Part shown: positions 46,937 through 64,000 of the stretch, piece by piece
Position numbering within the stretch: the stretch's first letter is position 1
How the letters are laid out: each line of letters begins with the position of its first letter
Assembly (NCBI RefSeq): GCF_036321535.1
Contig: NC_087437.1
Coordinates: 51,460,001 to 51,524,000 of the forward strand
Direction: 5' to 3'
Length of the DNA stretch: 64,000 nucleotides
From: Camelus dromedarius
Lineage: Eukaryota
Notes under the pieces: generated by a model
Told to the model about the DNA's origin: nothing
What the model saw: the letters and a program-made list of their open reading frames with translations, nothing else
Databases searched by the model: none
Position numbers and translations under genes: made by a program

Positions 46937-49900
46937 TCTGTGATATGCTTTAGTGTGTTAGGGCAGAAAGGGGAATAAAAGATGGTGCTCCTGGGTGGAC
47001 ACATGAGAGCAGTTATTAGTAAGGTAGCTGAGCCACACCCTACACTGTCCCATTGGAAGTTTGACTCATTCCCATGCAGAGTAAGGTAACATGTGCCACA
47101 CAGTATGGTTTCACACTTGGAAGTACTCTGGAAATGTCAAGTTGGAAGAGAGTTTCCCATAAGATAAGCACAGTTTCAGTAGATCTATCATGACTCACAA
47201 ATGGAGACACCTGACAGTTTCCCAATGCTGAACTCTGGGCTGCAAAGAGAGCCCTGAGTGGGCCATTGCACACAAAGATGTTCTGAAGATAAATGCAAAG
47301 CCTTTCACTCATTCATTTATCCAACAAATATCTGTTAAGGCTTACCACAAGCCAAGCATTAGATTGGGTGCTAGGGGCCCAAAGATGAGTAAGACGCACC
47401 TGTCCTCTAAGAGCTCAGAGAAGAGGGAGGGAGAGGTATGTACCAAGCACGGTAGAAGCACAGGGAAGAAATGAGTAACTTGAAGGATAGAAGAAGAAAG
47501 GGTTCCTGCACAGGTGGTACTGAGCTGGAGTACAGAGGATGGGAGAATTTGCTAGATGAAAACAGGGAAGGGTATTCCATACAGAAGGAATAGCAATGTG
47601 AAAAGGTTTATCAGCTCGAAGGGGCAGGATATGTTCAGAGATGGTGAAATGTTTAGGCTGATCAGAAGTGGGTAGATGAAAGGGGGCATAACGAGAGGTA
47701 AGAGTCTGGAGAAGGGAAGTTGTAACAGTAGGTATGAAAAAGAAGGTATTGTAACATCTGCTTTCATTCCTGGAATTAGCAGTATGAAGGGCCACAGTGC
47801 AATCTGATTTGGAAAAATATCACACAAAGAATGTAGCAACTCAGTGGAAACAGTGCAATGCTGTATCCTGCCTGGAGCATTTCTGGTGTTACAAAAGTGA
47901 TGTTTTGGGTTGAAAGAGTCTCAGATGAGTAGAGCCATCCAGCAGATGTGCAGCTCTACAGCTCAGGCCATGAATTTGGGGGAAGCACGGCTGGTTTGTG
48001 GATGCAATTTGAAGGAAGGTGGTAGGAAGGGACAGGTGATGGGCTACCCCCTGATCGGAGAGCAATTTGACTACAAGGCTGGGGATTTGGCCAAATGGTA
48101 GGAAGGAGTGCTTCTGGGAGAGCAATTTGACTGAAGTGAAGCTTGAGGCAGGATATCAATGTTATTGTGAGGCCTTGAATATACTTGCCAGACATTTGCA
48201 TTTGGCCAGAGAGGCTTGGGTCTTGAGTGCTTGGAGGTGGCAAGCAAGGGACAGACAGCCCTGCAGATATGAGGTAGCTGGAAAATGACAACTGCTTCCT
48301 CTCCAGTTGCCAAGCAACTAGCTTGGCACTTATTATACATTGTCTTATTTTCATTGTCATAAAAACTTAGGAGGGAGATACTTTACTACCCACAGTTCAC
48401 AGAAGAAACCAAGCTGAGAGAGGTTAGGAAGCTTGCCCAAGTATCACAGCTGGTGAAGGGCAGAATTTGGTTTTAAACACCAGATCTGTCCTCTCTAAAG
48501 TTTATGTTCTCCCACCCACCCCAACTTCTATTTTGAAACATTTTAAACCTACAAAAAAGTTGAAACATAGTACAACAAATATTTGATACTTTTCATCTGG
48601 AGTCACTGCCTGTAAATAGCCTGTGCTTTATGCCACATCACCTCATCTCTTCTAAGGTACTGGTTGGGATATGACTGAGACAAAATCTGAGATCTGACAG
48701 AAGGAAGTCATGGAAAAAGAGATTTAGAAGAAATACATCTACAGATGACTGAAGAAAGTGTGACAAAGCCAGAGATAGAATAGGCAGAACAGGTATGGAC
48801 CGCCCAATTTCTGTTGGTGATGGAAATGAAAGGTCATCCTCGGAATCCAAGCACAGAGTGGAAAAGAGCAACACGTTTTAAAATGGACATCAGACCTTTA
48901 CATCTATATCTCTATAAATATTTAGCCAACATTCATTCAGTGCTATCTGTGCTATGCCAGGATTTATTCCCCCCCCCAACACTTTCTGCATTCTTTATTG
49001 CCTCAGAACCCATTAAATAAGACTCCAGGCCAAATGGTGAGTGTTCTCATCATATGAAGGGGAGAAGAGTTTCTTCCTGTTTTCTCACCTTCTGGACACA
49101 CATACGCATAGCCCAAACTGAAGAACTTTGAGGTTTGTCTGAAACAGTCAAGAGCTTCAGAGACTGAAAGGTCAAGATTCATATCCTGATTTTACTACTT
49201 ACTATACGACTTCCTTTGTAAAATGGACACAATCCTACCAAACTCAAAAGGTTGTGTGAACAATATATACACTTTAAAATCAGTTCTGACATAAACAGTG
49301 TCGGTTACATTTCTTCTAAGTCATAAAGGGGAGAGGAAGACAAAAGACAGACTGAGGACAAAACCTTATCTTGTTCCATTTTTAACTCCAGATCTTCGCA
49401 TTAGATCCACTGGCTCCGCACGTGGATTTAAGGTGGTATCCACATCCTCATGGTAATATTAGAGCACTCATCTGGCTGGGGAATGTTATGAGGTTAATAT
49501 TCCACAGTGGTGTGGGGCTAGACAGATTACATAGACTTCAAACAGACGGCAATCAAGCGTCCTGGATTTCAAGAATCCGTTTGTCCGTTTGTCCCACCAC
49601 ACAGCCAACTGGGGTGTCACTGTGGGTAGTATTCACACTGCTATGTGGAAACCTACTGGCGGTCTCGGCTCGCAGCCGGCTCAGTATCTACAGCCGCGGG
49701 CGCACCTGAATCCCAGACCGCGTTCAGGAAACTCCAGGTCCGAGCCGGGGCGGCGCCTATGGCGCGCGGGAGGCTGGGAATTGTAGTTTTCAGACGACTT
49801 CGGAGGGCGGGATCCGAGGGCTGGGAGTCCCAGGCCGCGGGGGTGGGCGAGTCTCCGCGGCGTTTCCGGTCGCAGGCGGGCTCTCGAGAAAGAGGGGCGC

Positions 49901-49982
49901 CGTGGGCGACGCGCGCGAGGCCATCTGGGAAACGGGGCGGTGCGGGCGGTGCGCGCGCAGCCGGTCGGCAGTGGCGGCGGAG

Positions 49983-58331
<8,349 letters not shown>

Positions 58332-58469
58332 ATGGCCACCACAGGCTCTGAGCTGTAGCTGATATGTCAGTGGGCTGTGCTTCCTGTTGCCAGGGGTGGA
58401 CACTGTTCCAGACCTTTGGGGGAATTGTTACCTCCTGTTCTTTTGTTACTGACTGAGATAACTTTGTTG

Positions 58470-58475
58470 AATAAA
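58470..58475 (+). terminator. PSMD2 polyadenylation signal AATAAA
   Basis: AATAAA ~140 nt after TAA, followed by TGTGTCTGTTTT. Confidence 0.8.
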
Positions 58476-58900
58476 GACCTTTATCCCTGAGATCTCTCTG
58501 TGTCTGTTTTCTGGGGTATTGTGGCTGGAGGCCAGACTTGGGTAGGGAGTGGATGTGAGAGGGTATTGTTTGTAGCAACTCTGAGCTTGGGCTAGCAGGG
58601 AGGCTGCCCTGAATGGGAAAAACTAAGACCCTTTCCTTTCTCCCACCTTCGTAATCATCTTGAAACAGTGGTTCCTCTTTAGGGACATGAACCTTTGAGA
58701 AGCTGATATATGTAATGGTTCTTTCTAGGAGGTGTATACACAAATTTTTACAAAAACTCTTAGAAACAACTTTCTAGGGCTTGTGGATCCCATATACTGC
58801 CTATTCCCACCCACCAATGCACACCCACCTCAAGCCTGTCATTCCCTGACTTTGGACTAAGGATCCTTGCTCTTAAGAGGCAGCAGAGTTAGCCTCACTC

Positions 58901-59056
58901 TTTCTTTTTTTGTTGTTGTCGTTTGGTGGGGGAAGGAGGGAGATTAGGTTTATTTATTTATTTACTTACTTATTTTTTAATGGAGTTACTGGAGATTGAA
59001 CTCAGAACGTCATGCATGCTAAGCACTTACTCTACCACTCACCTATACCCCTCCCC
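58901..59056 (-). mobile_element. tRNA-derived SINE, same family, more diverged
   Basis: T-rich tail, (TTTA)n, GGAGATTGAACTC B box reverse complement, GCATGCTAAGCAC…CTCTACCAC head. Confidence 0.8.
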
Positions 59057-59959
59057 TCCAGTCCCACTCCAACCGGACTTCTGTGCTGCTGAATGAAAGG
59101 GATGACCCTCTTGTCCTTTTGGGGAAGCTGCTATTTGAGAGATTCATTCATGTTAATATCTACCTCTGGGCTGTCCTTGAAAGAAGCTTGACCCTGACCT
59201 TCCTCTTAGTAGGGCAATGGGAAAGATGTGGGCTTCTTCCTGGAATGTAATCACTCGATCTGTGGTGCTTCTTCCTGGTGGGGCTGCTACAAGCATAGCT
59301 ACACTGCTGTCGGGGGTGAGGGGGCTGGACCCCTGTGGATGCAGCAGAGGAGAACATGTGTCTCTCTCAGATCACTGCTAGCATTGATCCTACACTTACT
59401 GTGGGTTTAACCACTGAACAGTGACCGGTACTTAAGCCATCAATAAATGTTGAAAGAATAATTGTTCTACGTAATAATGAGATCTCACAACAACTTGGAG
59501 AGATAAGTATTATCCCTGTGTTTTGGTGAGAGGTTCAGTAACTTATTCAAGGTCACATACTAAGTAGTAGAGCCAGGATTGGAATCTAAGTCCCTGACTC
59601 CAAAGCCTATGCTTTATTCACTACATTAATGTCTCTGTAGCCTTGGAGACTTGTGAAGTGGACCCTGTTGTAGTCCAAGCTCTGGGCTAGCTGGAGATGC
59701 AGCAACTTTGGATTGAGGGTCTGCATTATCTTCTCTGCTCTCACTTGGCAGCCTGTATGAAACCTGTATAAAAGAGTGCTGGACTTGGGCGTCAGAAGAC
59801 CTGTAAAGCCCTTTTAATGGGAACTGCTATAGTCTTCAGCAAATCAGTGTGTCTGATGAGCCTCTATTATCTCTACAGTGGGGATATAGTAATTGCCTGA
59901 CCTGATTTTTTTTGGGAGAGTTAAGCTTTTATTTTATATTATTTTTTAATTGAAGTATA

Positions 59960-61500
59960 ATTGATTTATAATGTTGTGTACCTCACCTGATTTCTAATGG
60001 TGATGTTAAAATAAGAAATTAGAATGTGATTTCCATGCAACTGAACATTCCTCAACAATAAAAAGAAACAAGTGACACAAGTAACAACATGAATGAATCT
60101 CAGATTTATTATTCTGCATGAAAGAATCCAGATTAAAAAAGAGAGTCCATATTCTATTAGTTCATAAATACAAATTTTCATTTATATTCAATTCTAGTGA
60201 CAGAACAGCAGATCAGTGGTTATCTGTGGACAGGAGTGAAGAGAAAGATGATTACAAAGGAAGAAAACTTTTGAGAGTGATGGAATTGGTCAGCATCTTG
60301 ATTGTATTAATGGTAGTGATGTATCTGTCAAAACTCATCAAATTGTACATTTTAAGTATGTATAGTTTGTCTGTAACATATCTAAATAAAGTTGTAAAAC
60401 ATGAAAAAAATTAGTATTGTAAACTGAAAAAAGACAAATAAAAGGATAATTCTCTCTCCGAGTCACTGATTGTACTTTAGAGTAAAATTTTCACAGTGGC
60501 TCTTAACTTTCACATTAAGTCATTTAGCAACAAATATCAACGGAGACTTACTTATTCTGCACTGGACATTATTCTAGTTTGTGGTGTGTAAATATTGAAT
60601 AAACAAATCCTATTCTCACAAAACTTACATAATGGGAAAGAAAACAATTGTATTAAATTGTGATCAGTTCTGGAGTGTGAACAAGATATGCTGGGATCAT
60701 TGAAATAGGGCCTAAGCACCTGGTTAAGTGAGGGGAGATTATTTTAGGAAACTGATTCTCAGAGGAAGATGAGTTTATCCAGAGGAAAAGAGGGTAGGAT
60801 ACAGCTGAAGGAGTAGCCAAAGCAAGAAGGCAGACAAGCTATTTGTTTTCAGAAACCATGGGTAATTTGGTTTTGCTAAGCATATAGACGTAGGGGAAAA
60901 TGTGGTGGGAGACAGAGACAGGCTCAGATCAAGTTAGATCAGATTTGGAAGAGCTTTGTTGCACTAAGAAATTGATAATATCTCTCAATTCGGGCCAATG
61001 AATGAGAATAGGAAAGTGACATGACCAGCTAGCTATCTGGGTGAGAAAGCTCACCACAGAGGCCTGGAGACCAGGCAAGGGAAATGAATGCCTGAAATAG
61101 GGCAGTAGAAATGGAGAGATGGGAAAGGGCAGAAGGAAAGGGCAGAGTTTTTTTAAAGACAAAATCAACAGGACTTGATTTTGATCCAAATACCAATAGG
61201 ATCTGATGTCTGATGAGATGTAACATGTGGATGGGAAGGAATGTAGGATGAATACCAGATTTTCTGGTTGGGCACTATTCATTGAAAAAGAATACATGAG
61301 CAATAACACGTTTGGAGGCAAAAGGAGGACTCTATCAAGTAAGAAGAGATGACAAATTTTATTTCTATCTGGGCATACACAATTTCAGATACCTGTAGAG
61401 TGATTAGGTGAAGATGGCTTTTAGGCAGTACCTTGTTCTGGAGTTTGAGAGTGATTTCTGTAGATTGAATCGGTCTGTAGGCAGTAACTGATTTTCACTT
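59960..61500. mobile_element. Old L1 3' fragment (~59960-60410) followed by L2 remnant (~60540-61500)
   Basis: L1M-type CAACATGAATGAATCTCAG…ATCAGTGGTT…CATCAAATTGTACA, then L2-type purine-rich decay; boundaries approximate. Confidence 0.5.
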
Positions 61501-62479
61501 ATTAGTTTACTTAGGGAGAAAGATAAATAAGAAGAGTAGAGAAGGGAGCCAGCTATACATGATTAAGACACTGAACTCGAAGAGTGTCACAGAGAACACT
61601 CTAGACCTGCATTTTCATTCTCATTAGGGTTTCTCTATGTGCCTACTTTGCTCTTTCTTTGGAGCTTCAATTACTCATATACAGTGGGAATAATAATACA
61701 ATTCATTTCGCAGGAAATTGTGAGTATTTAATGAGATCACAAAGGTCATATATATATTCATCATTGGTGCTGAGAAAATGTTTCCTTCTGAGATTATATG
61801 TGTATATATACAAAGAGAAAAGGAGGGGCAGGAAGGAGAAAGAAAACAGCCTTCACTAGGTACTTAGGCACTGTTTTAAGCACTTTCACAAGAATTAACT
61901 CCTTTAATCCCCACAATCCAATAGAGTGAAAGCATGTGGGTAAAAGCTCAGACTTGAGCCAGACCGCCTAGTTTCAAATCTTCCCATTTTACAACATGTT
62001 CTAAGTAGGCAGGTAGTGGGTACATCGCCAAAGAATAAATAGCGGAGTTTGAAGTAAAATCCAGGCTGACTCTGAGACTCTGACATTTGACTCTAGTATG
62101 TCCCTTCAGGCGTACAAAATCTTCTGGCTACCGGGCAGGGAGGGGTTTTGGAATTACTTCTTCCCTCACTAGTGAACTTTCCATGATTGACTTCAGTTCC
62201 TCCCTGGGAGTGGCTGATCTTTATAAAAGACAAATCTACTAATTCCCTAGTTAGAATGTTTCCATCCTTTTAGCATAGCATTCAGTTTAATAGGTCTCTC
62301 AATGTTCTAATCTACATTATTTTCAAAGGCTGCCTAATTTGTATTTCTTTCCGTATTCGTACCATTATTTACTTAAGCAGCACTGAGTCTTTAATTTCAG
62401 TATTTTCAGCCCCGAGCCAGGACTTCGCCTGGCACGCAGTATGCACTCAATAAATGCTTGCTCAAAGTATGAATGAAAT

Positions 62480-63620
62480 AAAGAACCGCGGAACAGAGAC
62501 GCTGAGGGGTGTCGGTCTCAGAGTTCCAAAGTTCGGGAGGGGACACGGGGGCGGGCACTGGCTGTCACATGACGAGGCGGGGCAAATCCCATGTGCTCCG
62601 CAGCGCCCGGCGNNNNNNNNNNNNNNNNNNNNNNNNNNNNNNNNNNNNNNNNNNNNNNNNNNNNNNNNNNNNNNNNNNNNNNNNNNNNNNNNNNNNNNNN
62701 NNNNNNNNNNNNNNNNNNNNNNNNNNNNNNNNNNNNNNNNNNNNNNNNNNNNNNNNNNNNNNNNNNNNNNNNNNNNNNNNNNNNNNNNNNNNNNNNNNNN
62801 NNNNNNNNNNNNNNNNNNNNNNNNNNNNNNNNNNNNNNNNNNNNNNNNNNNNNNNNNNNNNNNNNNNNNNNNNNNNNNNNNNNNNNNNNNNNNNNNNNNN
62901 NNNNGCCCGCCAGGGCCCGATCCCCGGCCCACGTGTGCCCGGCCTGGCCCAGCCTGGCTGCTGGGTGGGGGTGGAGGAGCGCGGGGCCGGAATATGCGGT
63001 GCCCGCGGGCTGGGAGGGCGCCGGGTTCCCCGGCCGCTAAGTGCCACCTCGGCCCGACCCGAGGAGGCTCCGCGGGCGCAGGCACCGCGGCTCCTGGCCT
63101 GTCGCCCCCTCCCCCCTTNNNNNNNNNNNNNNNNNNNNNNNNNNNNNNNNNNNNNNNNNNNNNNNNNNNNNNNNNNNNNNNNNNNNNNNNNNNNNNNNNN
63201 NNNNNNNNNNNNNNNNNNNNNNNNNNNNNNNNNNNNNNNNNNNNNNNNNNNNNNNNNNNNNNNNNNNNNNNNNNCTCTTCGGCTGCCGCCCGCCTGGCCT
63301 CTTACGGCCCAACTGCTGCCTTTCCTGGCCTCCACTGCTGGGCGGCGGCAGGCCTGGCCTCTGGCCTCGCGCGGGTGCCCCCGCAGCCATCCGCGGCAGG
63401 CGTGCCTTGTGTGCCCCTGGGCCAGGCCCCGAACCCGGTGTCCCCGGGTGGGGGGTGGGGACACCACGGCCGAAGCTACTAGCTCCGTTTGTGATCCGGG
63501 AGCCTGGTGCCAGCGAGACCTGGAATTTCCGGTCTGGTTGGTCTTGGGCCCCGCGGAGCCAGGTTGATACCCCTCACCTCCCAACCCCAGGCCCTCGGAT
63601 GCCCAGAACCTGTAGGCCGC
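62480..63620. promoter_or_regulatory. EIF4G1 CpG island, promoter(s) and alternative first exons (partly in gaps)
   Basis: CpG-rich, E-box GTCACATGAC 62564-62573. Sequence 63275-63590 resembles remembered human EIF4G1 5' leader sequence. Confidence 0.7.
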
Positions 63621-63647
63621 ACCGTGGATTTATTCTTAACCGAGGGG
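63591..63647 (+). other. EIF4G1: EIF4G1 non-coding 5'UTR exon
   Basis: CCCCAG|GCCCTCGGATGCCCAGAACC…CGAGGGG|GTGAGT, matching my recollection of the human EIF4G1 leader exon. Confidence 0.75.
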
Positions 63648-63919
63648 GTGAGTGAGGGTCTGTTTCAGCAGATCAGGGGGGTGGTTGGAGGTGATGCGGG
63701 TTTGACAAGGTGTTGGTGGGGACATAAGTTGGATCTCTTCTGCTCCTTCACCTCCTTGGCACCTCCGGGGCTCGGTGTGGGACCTAGCCGGTGTGGGACC
63801 TAGCCTTTGCTTCAANNNNNNNNNNNNNNNNNNNNNNNNNNNNNNNNNNNNNNNNNNNNNNNNNNNNNNNNNNNNNNNNNNNNNNNNNNNNNNNNNNNNN
63901 NNNNNNNNNNNNNNNNNNN

Positions 63920-63979
63920 NNNNNNNNNNNNNNNNNNNNNNNNNNNNCCCCACCTGCCCCATCCCCTGGACTCCCACAG
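63920..63979 (+). CDS. EIF4G1: Eukaryotic translation initiation factor 4 gamma 1, first coding exon (ATG inferred in gap)
   Basis: Visible 63948-63979 encodes PPAPSPGLPQ followed by donor GTAATT, matching the N-terminus MNKAPQxTGPPPAPSPGLPQ. The start codon is hidden in gap 63816-63947. Confidence 0.8.
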
Positions 63980-64000
63980 GTAATTAGGGAGGAATTAGGA

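Overview
Mammalian genomic DNA, not prokaryotic. It is probably a camelid, inferred from three tRNA-derived SINEs and an L1 3' end of a type I associate with camel/alpaca. The window is syntenic with the human 3q27 cluster. Gene order: VWA5B2 (+, 3' part; last intron is the miR-1224 mirtron), ALG3 (-, with a U12-type AT-AC intron), EEF1AKMT4 (+), CAMK2N2 (-), ECE2 (+), PSMD2 (+), and the 5' end of EIF4G1 (+). Exons were read by hand from splice signals, reading-frame continuity and remembered orthologue proteins. The genes look intact; the few missing exons fall inside 12 N-gaps of 130-292 nt. The most notable known system is the frame-compatible EEF1AKMT4-ECE2 readthrough (methyltransferase plus metalloprotease) with CAMK2N2 nested antisense in its long intron. 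Less described candidates: a weak GC-AG donor in VWA5B2, no canonical poly(A) signal after EEF1AKMT4, a K50-homeodomain/E-box cluster, a flipped REST half-site pair, a possible ECE2 poison exon, a perfect ARE in PSMD2 intron 1, and an EIF4G1 uORF. I found no convincing wholly novel system; the motif-level findings are hypotheses.
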